Shown: positions 1 to 9,499, numbered from the stretch's first letter. The stretch: DNA of 61,289 nt from an uncultured Burkholderiales bacterium (GCA_964443245.1 CAYUEG010000006.1:1-61289); one strand, 5' to 3'. Program-made: numbers and translations. The notes: generated from the letters alone by a model not told the origin.

Positions 1-542
1 AGGCGGTCAAACTCGGCTTTCGAGCGTTGGGCCCAGCGCATCGACAGTTCCATGGAGGTGCGCGCCTCGGCTTCGGTGGTGGGGCGACCGTCAATTTCGT
101 ACGGTGTGCACTCGTCGAACACCATCACGATGTCCGAGTTCAGGACGTGCTGAATACGCATCGACTCTTCCGGCGTCAGGAACAAGCGATCACCGTTGAT
201 CGGGGAGGCAAAACGTACGCCTTCCTCACTGATTTTGCGCAACTCGCCCAGGCTCCAGACCTGAAAGCCGCCCGAGTCGGTGAGGAGAGGCCGATCCCAG
301 CCCATGAAGCGGTGGAGACCATCGTGTCGGGCGATGACGTCGAGCCCCGGACGCAGCCAGAGATGGAAGGTATTGCCCAGCACGATTTGCGCGCCAATGT
401 CACGCAGCTCGGCTGGCGACATTGCCTTGACGCTGCCATAGGTACCGACCGGCATGAAAACGGGTGTTTCCACGGTGCCATGGTTGAGGGTCAGCGTGCC
501 GCGGCGCGCCTGACCGTCCGTAGAAAGGAGCTGGTAGTTCAT
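1..542 (-). CDS. tgt: tRNA-guanine transglycosylase (queuine tRNA-ribosyltransferase), 3' end runs off the window
   Basis: Not in the ORF track. Manual translation of the minus strand from ATG 542 gives [41 protein letters not shown]...[12 protein letters not shown]...[12 protein letters not shown]...[13 protein letters not shown], which are hallmark Tgt motifs. Confidence 0.96.
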   Translation of the reverse strand, partial: MNYQLLSTDGQARRGTLTLNHGTVETPVFMPVGTYGSVKAMSPAELRDIGAQIVLGNTFHLWLRPGLDVIARHDGLHRFMGWDRPLLTDSGGFQVWSLGELRKISEEGVRFASPINGDRLFLTPEESMRIQHVLNSDIVMVFDECTPYEIDGRPTTEAEARTSMELSMRWAQRSKAEFDR

Positions 543-589
543 CTATCTGAAGGGTGGGGAAATCCGCCCGCGCATGCGGGGCCGGGTGG

Positions 590-916
590 TCAGAATCTGA
601 TCTTGCCTGACCAGATATGGAAGTACATCACCCAATCTCCGGCGAAGGAATAGAACGGATGCTTGAAGGTAGCCGGGCGGTTCTTCTCGAACACGAAGTG
701 CCCGATCCACGCAAAACTGTAGCCGCACACCAGCGCTGCCAGCAGCCACCATGGATTGCGCGTCACAACGAGTGCTGCCAGACAGCACAGCGACAAACTG
801 CTGCCGACGAAATGCAGGCGACGGCAGGTTCGGTTTCCGTGTTCGGAAAGGTAAAAAGGGTAGAAATCAGCAAATCGCGCGAACCTGCGGGAGACGTCGG
901 CGTTTTCGGTGGGCAT
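590..916 (-). CDS. DUF962 / Mpo1-like small membrane protein
   Basis: FADFYPFYLSEH...RRLHFVG...GYSFAWIGHFVFEKNRPATFKHPFYS pattern of DUF962. Start placed at the second Met (MPTEN). Confidence 0.85.
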   Translation of the reverse strand: MPTENADVSRRFARFADFYPFYLSEHGNRTCRRLHFVGSSLSLCCLAALVVTRNPWWLLAALVCGYSFAWIGHFVFEKNRPATFKHPFYSFAGDWVMYFHIWSGKIRF

Positions 917-1014
917 GGGGCAACTCCGCGCCGGCAATCACGGGCCGGGTGGCCGCGATTATCCTACAGCCGACGGGCCCGCCAGTCGTGCGCTTCCTGC
1001 TCTCAGGAGAAACA

Positions 1015-1043
1015 CGGAAACCCTTGGTGGACAAGGGTTTCCG
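1015..1043 (-). terminator. Palindromic repeat element, probable terminator of qor
   Basis: CGGAAACCCTTG-GTGGA-CAAGGGTTTCCG is a perfect 12-bp stem, followed on the minus strand by TGTTTCT, 23 nt after the qor stop. Confidence 0.6.
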
Positions 1044-1066
1044 CCGCATTGCCGGATTCGGGCAGG

Positions 1067-2041
1067 TCAGGGCACCAGCACGGTGGAGCCGGTGGTCTTG
1101 CGTCCCGCGAGGGCGATGTGCGATTCCCCTGCATCCTTCAGGGCGAAGCGCTGGTTGACTTCGATCTTTACCTTGCCCGAGGTGACGGCCTCAAACAGAT
1201 CGTTGGCGGTTTCTTCGAGTAGTGGCCGCGTGGCGGTGTAGGTCATCAACGTCGGACGCTGCACGTACAGCGAACCCTTGGCCGACAGCGTCGTCAGTGC
1301 CACCGGTGGTACCGCGCCGGACGCATTGCCGAAGCTGATCATGTAGCCTAAGGGCGCGATGCAGTCGAGCGATTTTTCCCAGGTGTCCTTGCCGATGGAA
1401 TCGAACACCACCGGCAGTTTCTTGCCGCCGTTGATCTCCAGCACGCGCTTGGCAAAATCCTCCTTGGTGTAATCGATCGTGTGCGTGCAACCATGCGCCT
1501 TGGCGAGCGCAGCCTTCTCGTCGCTGGATACCGTGCCAATCACCGTTACTCCCAGCGCCTTGAGCCACTGGCAGGCGATCAGGCCGACACCGCCGGCGGC
1601 GGCGTGCCAGAGCACCGTGTCGCCGGCCTTGACCGGGAAGGACTTCTTGATCAGGTACTGCACGGTCATGCCTTGCAGCATCATGGCCGCCCCTTGTTCG
1701 AATGACAAGGCATCCGGCAGCTTGACCAGCTTTTCCGCCGGCATCACGCGCGCTTCAGAATAAGCCCCCTGCGGGCCACCGGCATAGGCCACGCGATCGC
1801 CCGCCTTGACGTGCGTGACGCCACTGCCGACAGCTTCGACGACACCGGCACCTTCCGTGCCCAGGCCGGAAGGCAGGGGAGTCGGGTAAAGGCCGGTGCG
1901 GAAATAGATGTCAATGAAATTCAATCCCACGGCGTGGTGCTTGATGCGTGCTTCGCCGGGGCCGGGCTCGCCGACGGCGACGTCTTCCCACTTAAGGACT
2001 TCGGGGCCGCCGGTCTGGTGGAAGCGGATGGCTTTGGTCAT
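1067..2041 (-). CDS. qor: NADPH:quinone oxidoreductase (zeta-crystallin/MDR family)
   Basis: GLNFIDIYFRTGLYP, HAAAGGVG nucleotide-binding motif, C-terminal GRKTTGSTVLVP. Confidence 0.92.
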   Translation of the reverse strand: MTKAIRFHQTGGPEVLKWEDVAVGEPGPGEARIKHHAVGLNFIDIYFRTGLYPTPLPSGLGTEGAGVVEAVGSGVTHVKAGDRVAYAGGPQGAYSEARVMPAEKLVKLPDALSFEQGAAMMLQGMTVQYLIKKSFPVKAGDTVLWHAAAGGVGLIACQWLKALGVTVIGTVSSDEKAALAKAHGCTHTIDYTKEDFAKRVLEINGGKKLPVVFDSIGKDTWEKSLDCIAPLGYMISFGNASGAVPPVALTTLSAKGSLYVQRPTLMTYTATRPLLEETANDLFEAVTSGKVKIEVNQRFALKDAGESHIALAGRKTTGSTVLVP

Positions 2042-2180
2042 GATGTTCTCCTGTCAATCGATCAATTGGTGTGCGAATGAATGGTGCGGGCTGGGCAACG
2101 CGGCGCGAAGCATAGCACTGCTGCGCCGGAATCGCGGCATAATTACCGATCATCATCATGAGTTTCCCGCGGAGCGTTCG

Positions 2181-2753
2181 ATGAAACATTGGCTGGCAGG
2201 CGTGGTTCTTTTCTGGTGTGCAGCAACGGCGGGTGCTGCGGAGATCAACGGCGTTCAGGTGCCCGACACCATCAAGCTCGGCGGTGCAGATCTTCTCCTC
2301 AATGGCGCCGGCTTGCGCACCCGGGCCGTCTTCAAGGTGTACGTGGGCGCGCTTTACCTGACGGAAAAGAAGACCGCCGCCGCCGATGCGCTGAATCTGA
2401 AAGGCCCGAAGCGCGTGGCCCTGTTCATGCTGCGTGACCTCTCTGCTGACCAGCTTTCCGGTGCGCTGAGCGACAGCTTGAACGACAACCTGACGGATGC
2501 CGAGCGGGAGAGGTTCAAGCCGCAGATCGAGGAACTCAAGGCCACCATGGAGGCCGTGGGTGCGGCCAGGGAAAAGAGCGTGGTGACGCTGGACTTCACA
2601 CCGGATACGGGGCTGCGCATTGCACTCAACGGAGCGCCGCGGGGCAAACCCATCGCCGGTGAAGACTTCTATCGTGCGCTGCTCAGGATCTGGTTGGGCG
2701 ACAAGCCGGTCGATCGTGCACTCAAAGCCGGCATGCTTGGCACACCGCAGTAA
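2181..2753 (+). CDS. Exported chalcone isomerase-like (CHI-fold) protein
   Basis: Signal peptide MKHWLAGVVLFWCAATAGA, then LLLNGAGLRTRAVFKVYVGALYL and FYRALLRIWLGDKPVD, typical of the Chalcone_3 family. Confidence 0.85.
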   Translation: MKHWLAGVVLFWCAATAGAAEINGVQVPDTIKLGGADLLLNGAGLRTRAVFKVYVGALYLTEKKTAAADALNLKGPKRVALFMLRDLSADQLSGALSDSLNDNLTDAERERFKPQIEELKATMEAVGAAREKSVVTLDFTPDTGLRIALNGAPRGKPIAGEDFYRALLRIWLGDKPVDRALKAGMLGTPQ

Positions 2754-2789
2754 TCTGGCAGGCTCACTTCACTGGCGGGGAGGTCGGAC

Positions 2790-3278
2790 GTGAGCCTGGC
2801 ACTTCTCGAGTTTGCTGCGGTCATCGAAATGCCGTTTGGCGGCATCGGTGTGCGTACTGCTGAAGGCGCGGTAAGTGAGATGGTTTATCTGCCAGCCTCC
2901 ATTGCGCCGGTGAAACCACGTGATCCATTGGCGCGTGAGGTGGCGCGCCAGATCAAGGCCTACGTGAAGCACCCGTCACACCGGTTTGACTTGCCGCTGG
3001 CCACGCGCGGGAGCGCATTTCAGCGCAAGGTGTGGGAGGTGATTGCCTCGATTCCCGCCGGACACACCTTGAGCTACGGCGAGGTTGCCCGGCGCATTCG
3101 CTCCGCGCCGCGCGCTGTCGGGCAGGCCTGCGGTGCCAACTGGTTCTCTCTCGTGGTGCCGTGCCACCGCGTGCTGGCAGCGCATGGCATTGGCGGCTTT
3201 GGCAGCGACGACGATGGCTTTCCGATGCAGATCAAGCGCTGGTTGCTGGCGCACGAGCGTGTGCCGGGGTATGTCTGA
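2790..3278 (+). CDS. ogt: Methylated-DNA--protein-cysteine methyltransferase
   Basis: FQRKVW...IPAGHTLSYGEVA...RAVGQAC..N...VPCHRV with the active-site PCHR motif. Confidence 0.93.
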   Translation: MSLALLEFAAVIEMPFGGIGVRTAEGAVSEMVYLPASIAPVKPRDPLAREVARQIKAYVKHPSHRFDLPLATRGSAFQRKVWEVIASIPAGHTLSYGEVARRIRSAPRAVGQACGANWFSLVVPCHRVLAAHGIGGFGSDDDGFPMQIKRWLLAHERVPGYV

Positions 3279-4164
3279 GCCACTGATTGACGAGTTTTGT
3301 GATGCCCTCTGGCTGGAAGACGGGCTTGCCAAACTGACTCTGGAAGCCTACCGGCGTGACCTGACCCAGTTTGGCGCGTGGTTGGCTGGGGAAGGCGCCA
3401 CGCTGCACAGTGCCCAACCAGTGCATGTCCAGGGCTACATTCAGGCACGTCATGCCGAGGGGGCCAAGGCCACTTCGGCCAACCGGCGGCTCTCCGCACT
3501 CAAACGCTTTTACCGCTGGTTACTGCGGCAGGGACGTCGTGGTGACGATCCCACCAGCGACCTGGATTCGGCCAAGCAGCCGGCGCGGTTTCCGAAGACC
3601 TTGAGCGAGGCCAGCGTCGAAGCGCTGCTGGCAGCACCGAATTCCGAGACGCCATTGGGCTTGCGCGATCGCGCCATGCTTGAATTGCTGTACGCCAGCG
3701 GCTTGCGTGTATCGGAACTGGTGTCGGTCAAGACCATTGAAGTCAGCCTGAACGACGGCGTCGTGCGCGTTGCGGCCGGCAAGGGCGCCAAGACGCGGCT
3801 GGTACCGTTTGGCGAGGAGGCATCGGCGTGGATCGCGCGTTACCTTGCCGAGGCACGCCAGGAGTTGCTGGGTGCCAGGCAGGTCGAGGCGCTGTTTGTC
3901 ACCGGCCGCGGCGCGGCGATGACGCGCCACAACTTCTGGCACATGGTCAAGCGCTACGCTTTGGTGGCAGGGATTGCGCCGGCACTGATTTCCCCGCACA
4001 CCTTGCGGCATGCGTTTGCCACCCACCTGCTCAACCACGGTGCCGACCTGCGCGTCGTACAGATGCTGCTGGGTCATGCCGACATTTCGACCACGCAAAT
4101 CTACACCCACGTGGCGCGGGCACGGCTGAAGGAACTGCATGCACGGAATCATCCGCGCGGGTGA
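3271..4164 (+). CDS. xerD: Site-specific tyrosine recombinase XerD
   Basis: LWLEDGLAKLTLEAYRRDL, LRDRAMLELLYASGLRVSEL, SPHTLRHAFATHLLNHGADLRVVQMLLGHADISTTQIYTHVA. ATG at 3271 overlaps the ogt end. Confidence 0.96.
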   Translation: MSEPLIDEFCDALWLEDGLAKLTLEAYRRDLTQFGAWLAGEGATLHSAQPVHVQGYIQARHAEGAKATSANRRLSALKRFYRWLLRQGRRGDDPTSDLDSAKQPARFPKTLSEASVEALLAAPNSETPLGLRDRAMLELLYASGLRVSELVSVKTIEVSLNDGVVRVAAGKGAKTRLVPFGEEASAWIARYLAEARQELLGARQVEALFVTGRGAAMTRHNFWHMVKRYALVAGIAPALISPHTLRHAFATHLLNHGADLRVVQMLLGHADISTTQIYTHVARARLKELHARNHPRG

Positions 4165-4199
4165 TTCCGTTATCCTTGCGCTTTTACAAGGAGAGTTGC

Positions 4200-4625
4200 A
4201 TGAGCCGTTTGACCCTGGCGCAAGCCAACCAGATCATTGCCGGTGCCCTGGCACATTCGAAGCAAAAGGGATTCAAGCCGATGGGCGTGGTGGTGCTGGA
4301 CGACGCCGGCCATCTCAAGGCGGGGCAGCGCGAAGACGGTGCCAGCATGTTCCGCATCGACGTCGCTACGGGGAAGGCCTGGGGTGCAATCGGCATGGGT
4401 GCCTCCAGCCGCGTGCTGGCCCAGCGCGCCAAGGACAATCCGAACTTCTTCACTACGCTTGCCGATACGGCCCACGGCAAATTTCTGCCGCAAACCGGGG
4501 CCGTGCTGATCAAGGATGCTGCCGGCAATATCCTTGGTGCAGCGGGTGCCAGCGGAGGCACTGGCGATGAAGACGAAGAGATTTGCATTGCCGGTGTGGT
4601 GTCAGCGGGCTTGCAGCACGGCTAA
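4200..4625 (+). CDS. GlcG/HbpS-like heme-binding protein
   Basis: VVVLDDAGHL...REDGA...A.GKAWGA...GAVLI.DAAGNILGAAGASG.TGDEDE. RBS AAGGAG just upstream. Confidence 0.85.
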   Translation: MSRLTLAQANQIIAGALAHSKQKGFKPMGVVVLDDAGHLKAGQREDGASMFRIDVATGKAWGAIGMGASSRVLAQRAKDNPNFFTTLADTAHGKFLPQTGAVLIKDAAGNILGAAGASGGTGDEDEEICIAGVVSAGLQHG

Positions 4626-4691
4626 AGCCGCGCAGGGCAGGCGCGCGGTTCGCCCCGGTTCATCGTTACCCATCGATTCGTTTTTCGCAGC

Positions 4692-5183
4692 ATGGCCAAG
4701 AAGCAGCATGTCTCGGAGACGCCGGCGACGGCGTTCCTGAAGCAGCACAAAGTGGGATTTACCGAGCATCCTTACGCCTATGAGGAGCACGGGGGCACCG
4801 AAGTGTCTGCGCGTGAACTGGGCGTGGCCGAGCATGTGGTCGTCAAGACGCTGGTGATGGAAGACCAGGATGGCAGACCGATGCTGGTTCTCATGCACGG
4901 CGACTGCAAGGTGTCCACCAAGAATCTGGCGCGCCAGGCCGGCGTCAAATCGGTCGCTCCGTGCAAGCCGGAGGTCGCCAATCGCCATTCCGGCTATCTG
5001 ATTGGCGGCACCTCGCCGTTCGGTACCCGCAAGCCCATGCCGGTATATGCCGAAGCGAGCATATTTGAATTGCCGAAGATCTACATCAACGGCGGCCGGC
5101 GCGGCTTTCTCGTGGGGATCGAGCCGGCCGAGCTGGCACGTGTGCTGCCAGTGACCAAGGTCTCGGCTGCCCTCGCCGAATGA
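4692..5183 (+). CDS. ybaK: Cys-tRNA(Pro) deacylase
   Basis: TPATAFL, VVKTLV, SGYLIGGTSPFG, INGGRRG motifs. Confidence 0.93.
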   Translation: MAKKQHVSETPATAFLKQHKVGFTEHPYAYEEHGGTEVSARELGVAEHVVVKTLVMEDQDGRPMLVLMHGDCKVSTKNLARQAGVKSVAPCKPEVANRHSGYLIGGTSPFGTRKPMPVYAEASIFELPKIYINGGRRGFLVGIEPAELARVLPVTKVSAALAE

Positions 5184-5228
5184 GGTAATGCGCGTTCCGG
5201 CAAGGCGCGCCCGGCGTTCGGTGACGCC

Positions 5229-5582
5229 TCAGTTGCCGCTGCGTTCGACCACCACGCCAACGTGCCGCACCCCTTTGAGGATCCCGAGCTTGACCACCTC
5301 CAGTTTGACGTAAGGTGTGCGGAATTCGGTGATGATGGCGCGTGCCAGATGGTCGGCCATGCGTTCGAGCAGGCGAAAGTGGTGCGCGTCGCATTCGCGC
5401 CGGATGAAGTCAGCGACAGCCGCGTAGTTGATCGTGTCATGCAGCCGATCGCTCTGGAAGGCTTCCGCGCTGGGGATGGCCAGTTGCAGGTCAAACTCGA
5501 GCGGCTGGGGCGCTTCGCGTTCGTAGGGGTAGTGGCCGACGATGGTGTCGATACGCAGGCCGCGAATCACAATCAAGTCCAT
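5229..5582 (-). CDS. folB: Dihydroneopterin aldolase
   Basis: MDLIVIRGLRIDTIVGHYPYER...Q...DTINYAAV...FRLLERMA. Divergent from plsY as in the conserved folB/plsY pair. Confidence 0.92.
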   Translation of the reverse strand: MDLIVIRGLRIDTIVGHYPYEREAPQPLEFDLQLAIPSAEAFQSDRLHDTINYAAVADFIRRECDAHHFRLLERMADHLARAIITEFRTPYVKLEVVKLGILKGVRHVGVVVERSGN

Positions 5583-5618
5583 TAGAATCCCTCGTTGTTG
5601 TTGCCATTCTAAGAGAAG

Positions 5619-6254
5619 ATGATGGTTGCCCAACTACCGGTTCCCGTGCTCGCTGTGCTCAGTGCCGTGCTTGCCTATCTGATCGGCTCAATTTCGTTTG
5701 CGGTGGTGGTCAGCCGGCTTTACGGCCTGGCCGATCCGCGCACCTATGGCTCCGGCAATCCGGGAGCCACCAACGTGCTGCGTTCGGGCAACAAGGCTGC
5801 CGCGGTGCTCACGCTGGTGGGTGATGCACTGAAGGGATGGGTCGCCGTGTTTCTGGTACAGAAGTTCGGGCCCCTGTACGGTTTGCTCGAGGGCACCCTG
5901 GCGCTGGTCGCGCTTGCGGTCTTTCTCGGCCACCTGTTTCCGGTGTTTTTTCGTTTTCAGGGTGGCAAAGGGGTGGCGACAGCGCTGGGCATACTGCTCG
6001 CCATTGATCCGTGGCTCGGGCTGGCCACCCTGGCCACCTGGCTCATCATTGCCGGGTTCTTTCGCTACTCCAGCCTGGCGGCGGTGGTATCGGCATTGTT
6101 TGCGCCGCTTTATCACGCCATGTTCTGGGAAATGGGCGAGACCACCCTGGCCATTGGCCTGATGTCGCTGTTGCTGCTGTGGCGCCACGGCGAGAACATC
6201 GGCAAGCTGATTGCCGGCAAGGAATCACGGATCGGCGAAAAGAAGAAACCCTAG
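5619..6254 (+). CDS. plsY: Glycerol-3-phosphate 1-O-acyltransferase
   Basis: [46 protein letters not shown]. Confidence 0.96.
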   Translation: MMVAQLPVPVLAVLSAVLAYLIGSISFAVVVSRLYGLADPRTYGSGNPGATNVLRSGNKAAAVLTLVGDALKGWVAVFLVQKFGPLYGLLEGTLALVALAVFLGHLFPVFFRFQGGKGVATALGILLAIDPWLGLATLATWLIIAGFFRYSSLAAVVSALFAPLYHAMFWEMGETTLAIGLMSLLLLWRHGENIGKLIAGKESRIGEKKKP

Positions 6255-6263
6255 GCACGGTCG

Positions 6264-7100
6264 CTAGGAGCGCATGAATGCGTTCAGGTCCGGGGTAGTG
6301 ATGGTGGAATCCAGATAGCTGAACGTTCCCTGCTCCTGCACTTCACGTGCGGCGGCGATGAGGCCGGAGACGGCGGCGCGATACAGCGATGTCGCCAGGC
6401 TAATGCGGCGCACGCCGGCGGCCGCCAGTTCAGTGACCGTGAATGACTTGCCCTTGATGCCCGCCATGAAGTTGACCGGTTTGCCGACGGCTGCACACAC
6501 TGTCCGCACCGCATCCAGTGAAGGCAGGCCGGGTGCCATCAGCACGTCCGCGCCGGCCGCTTCAAACGCCTGCAGGCGGCGAATCGTATCGTCCAGATCC
6601 GGGTTGCCGCGCAGGAAATTCTCTGCGCGCGCGGTGAGCATGAAGGGGTAAGGCAGGGCGCGGGCGGCGGCTGCAGCGGCGCGGATGCGCGCTGCGGCTT
6701 CATCGATCGTGAACAGGGGCTTTGCGGGATCACCGGTGGCATCCTCAATCGATCCGCCGACCAAGCCCGCGTCAGCGCCCGCGCGAATCGTGGCTGCTGC
6801 GTCTTCCGGCGTGTCGCCAAAGCCCTTTTCCAGATCCGCCGATACTGGCAGATCAGTCGCCTCGACGATGGCACGTACGTGCGCCAGCGCTTGCTCACGG
6901 CTGATCTTGCCATCCCGTTTGCCGTAGACACCAGCCGAGGCGCCGCTCGACGTGGCGAGGGCCTTGAAGCCGAGTCCGGCCAGGATGCGCGCCGACCCGG
7001 CATCCCAGGGATTGGCGATGACGAACGTCCCCGGTCCTTGGTGCAAAGCCTGAAAGGTTCTGGCTTTGTCGGCTTGGCTTGGTTGGCTGCGATCGGTCAT
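6264..7100 (-). CDS. Isocitrate lyase/PEP mutase superfamily protein
   Basis: NPWDAGSARIL, ATSSG, PVSADLEKGFG, GGSIED, ARAEN, EAAGADVLMAP. Start at MTDRS with an upstream RBS. Confidence 0.88.
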   Translation of the reverse strand: MTDRSQPSQADKARTFQALHQGPGTFVIANPWDAGSARILAGLGFKALATSSGASAGVYGKRDGKISREQALAHVRAIVEATDLPVSADLEKGFGDTPEDAAATIRAGADAGLVGGSIEDATGDPAKPLFTIDEAAARIRAAAAAARALPYPFMLTARAENFLRGNPDLDDTIRRLQAFEAAGADVLMAPGLPSLDAVRTVCAAVGKPVNFMAGIKGKSFTVTELAAAGVRRISLATSLYRAAVSGLIAAAREVQEQGTFSYLDSTITTPDLNAFMRS

Positions 7101-7182
7101 GGCAATTTCCTTCGCTGGAGGCACTGACAACACGGGGATGGTACCAGCACGCCCAACCCTATCCGCTGTGTCGGGCGCGTCC

Positions 7183-7223
7183 AAGAAAAAGCCGGAAACC
7201 GTTGTGAGACAACGGTTTCCGGC
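7183..7223 (-). terminator. Rho-independent terminator of iorAB, member of the palindromic repeat family
   Basis: GCCGGAAACCGTTG-TGAGA-CAACGGTTTCCGGC is a perfect 14-bp stem, followed on the minus strand by TTTTTCTT. Confidence 0.8.
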
Positions 7224-7281
7224 CGGTGGCCATGCGCTGCTTCAGGAGCAGCGGCACAGCGAGCCGCGCGCTCGTTGCTGA

Positions 7282-9489
7282 TCAGGCCAGGGCGGCCTTC
7301 ACGCGCTCCGGTGTGAACGGCTGGTGGCGCAGGTATTTGCCAGTGAGCTTGGCGACGGCGTTGGCAATGGCGGGGGCGACCGGCGGCAAACCGCACTCGC
7401 CGACCCCCCCAGGCGGATTGTCTGTCACCATCACCTTGACCTGGATCGGCGGGATCTCGTTCATGCGCGCCACCGGATAATCATGGAAATTGGATTGCTG
7501 GACAGCGCCATTGACGAGCGTGATCTGCTCCTTCAGGGTGCCGGACAGGCCGTAGACGATGCTGCCCTCGACCTGAGTGGCGACGTTCTGCGGCAACACG
7601 GCCACCCCGGTATCGACTGCCGCCCATACACCGTGCACCTTGATCACGCCGGACTTCTTGTCCACCGAGACTTCGACAACTTCGGCAATATGGGTTTCCC
7701 ACATCTCGGAGTAGGCAATCCCCAGGGCGCGGCCGGCCGGGCGCTTCTTGTCCCAGCCTGCCATCTTCGCCACTTCGCGGATGACCGCCTGCGCGCGAGG
7801 ATGTTTGGCCAGCATCTTCAGTCGGTATTCCACCGGGTCGGTCTTGCTCAAGGCTGCGACTTCGTCGATCAACATCTCGACAGCGTGCTTGGTGTAGCCA
7901 CCACCTACGGCGCGCCAGAAGCCATTGTCGACGCCGCGTTCCTGTCTGGCGTACTCGATCAGTGAATCCTTGATGTCGTAGAGGAATTCTGCACCTTCAT
8001 GGAACGGCTGATCCTTTCCGCCAGCTGCCTTGAACGCACCCGGATTGGCACGGGCGTAGATCGATTCGCCGGCCAAGCGGGCGTGCCAGCCGACGATGTT
8101 GTTCGAAGCATCCAGGCCCACCTCCAGGTGCTGTGCCACCAGCGGCCGGAATTTGTCGTTCTTGACATCGTCCTCGCGCGTCCAGGTCACCTTGACCGGC
8201 TTGCCGTCGGCAGCCTTGGCCAGCAACACCGCATCAAGGGTGAAGTCAGCGTCGACCCGGCGACCGAAGCCGCCACCGAGCAAGGTGTTGTTGACCTTGA
8301 TGTTCGGTACCGGCACCTTGGTGACGATGTTGGTGACGATCGCGGCGATGGTCGGGCTTTGGCAAGGCGACCAGATCTCGATGCGGTCGTCGCCGGTCCA
8401 CTGGGCGGTGGCATTCATCGGCTCCAGGCACATGTGCGCCATGTGTTCGGAGAGAAAATCGGCCTTCAGCACCTTGGCCGCACTTTTGATGTTGCCGTTG
8501 CCGGCACCGTGCTTTTCGACTTCGACGCCGGCCTTGGAAAGGTCCAGATCGGCCGCTGCCGCTGCGTAGGCCTTGCCCACATCAGCCGAGTTGTAGGTCT
8601 TGGTGATGGCATCGTTGGCCCAGGTGACCTTGAGCGCATCCCTGGCCTGGCGCGCGGACCAGGTGTTGTCGGCCAGCACACCTACGCCATAGGGCAGGGG
8701 CACGGTCTTGATGAAGCCCTTGACGGCCTTGGCAGCCGAATCGTCCATCGTGGCCAGCTTGTCCTTGTGCATCGGCGGGCGCAGCACGGCGCCGTACAGC
8801 ATGCCGGGCAAGCGGGTGTCGATGCCGTAGATGGCGGCGCCGCGTACCTTGTCGGCCAGGTCAATGCGCGCCACATTCTTGCCGATATAACGAAAGCTGC
8901 TGGCCGGCTTCAGTTGCGCGGCCGTCACGGTCGGCAGGGTGGCTGGCACCTTGGCAAAGCCGGCGATCTCGCCATAGCCCATGCTGCGGTTGGAAGCCTT
9001 GTGCCACACCACGCCAGGTTCGGTGCTCAGTTCCGAGACCGGCACGTTCCAGCGCTCCGCCGCTGCACCGAGCAAGACCAGCCGGGTTTGGGCGCCAGCG
9101 ATGCGCAACACCTCGTAGTAGCCACGCGTGGTGCGCGACGCACCTGTCACCATGCCCCCATTGAAAAGCTTGTTGCCGTAGGCTTTGGGGTTATGGCCGG
9201 CCTGCACGACTTTGACCTTCGACCAGTCCGCATCCATGTCCTCGGCCAGGCACAAAGGCATGGCGGTCATGGTGCCCTGGCCCATTTCGGAGGCCGGGGA
9301 AAGAATCGACACGATGCCGTCGGTGCCGATGGTGACCCACTGGTTCGGGGCCAGGCCGGCTGCCTGGGCAGCGGCCTTCTTGGAAGCGGTCAGGGCGGGC
9401 ACGCCAAAGGCGACGCCGATGGCCACGCTACCGGAGCCAACCAGAAACTGGCGGCGCGAAAGGGTCAGGGTCTTGATCCTGGATGTCAT
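7282..9489 (-). CDS. Molybdopterin-binding subunit, isoquinoline 1-oxidoreductase beta (IorB)-like, Tat-exported
   Basis: Tat motif SRRQFL, SEMGQG, GGGFGRR, FWRAVG, GGVGE. IorB-type architecture. Confidence 0.88.
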   Translation of the reverse strand: MTSRIKTLTLSRRQFLVGSGSVAIGVAFGVPALTASKKAAAQAAGLAPNQWVTIGTDGIVSILSPASEMGQGTMTAMPLCLAEDMDADWSKVKVVQAGHNPKAYGNKLFNGGMVTGASRTTRGYYEVLRIAGAQTRLVLLGAAAERWNVPVSELSTEPGVVWHKASNRSMGYGEIAGFAKVPATLPTVTAAQLKPASSFRYIGKNVARIDLADKVRGAAIYGIDTRLPGMLYGAVLRPPMHKDKLATMDDSAAKAVKGFIKTVPLPYGVGVLADNTWSARQARDALKVTWANDAITKTYNSADVGKAYAAAAADLDLSKAGVEVEKHGAGNGNIKSAAKVLKADFLSEHMAHMCLEPMNATAQWTGDDRIEIWSPCQSPTIAAIVTNIVTKVPVPNIKVNNTLLGGGFGRRVDADFTLDAVLLAKAADGKPVKVTWTREDDVKNDKFRPLVAQHLEVGLDASNNIVGWHARLAGESIYARANPGAFKAAGGKDQPFHEGAEFLYDIKDSLIEYARQERGVDNGFWRAVGGGYTKHAVEMLIDEVAALSKTDPVEYRLKMLAKHPRAQAVIREVAKMAGWDKKRPAGRALGIAYSEMWETHIAEVVEVSVDKKSGVIKVHGVWAAVDTGVAVLPQNVATQVEGSIVYGLSGTLKEQITLVNGAVQQSNFHDYPVARMNEIPPIQVKVMVTDNPPGGVGECGLPPVAPAIANAVAKLTGKYLRHQPFTPERVKAALA

Positions 9490-9499
9490 CGTCTTCTCC

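Noticed and set aside
27-653. 208-aa plus-strand ORF at the window start
   Set aside because: It is the antisense shadow of tgt, which is clearly encoded on the minus strand.
3271-4164. Tyrosine recombinase as a sign of a prophage or integrative element
   Set aside because: The sequence and ogt-xerD-ybaK-plsY context identify chromosomal XerD. No att repeats, phage or conjugation genes are present.
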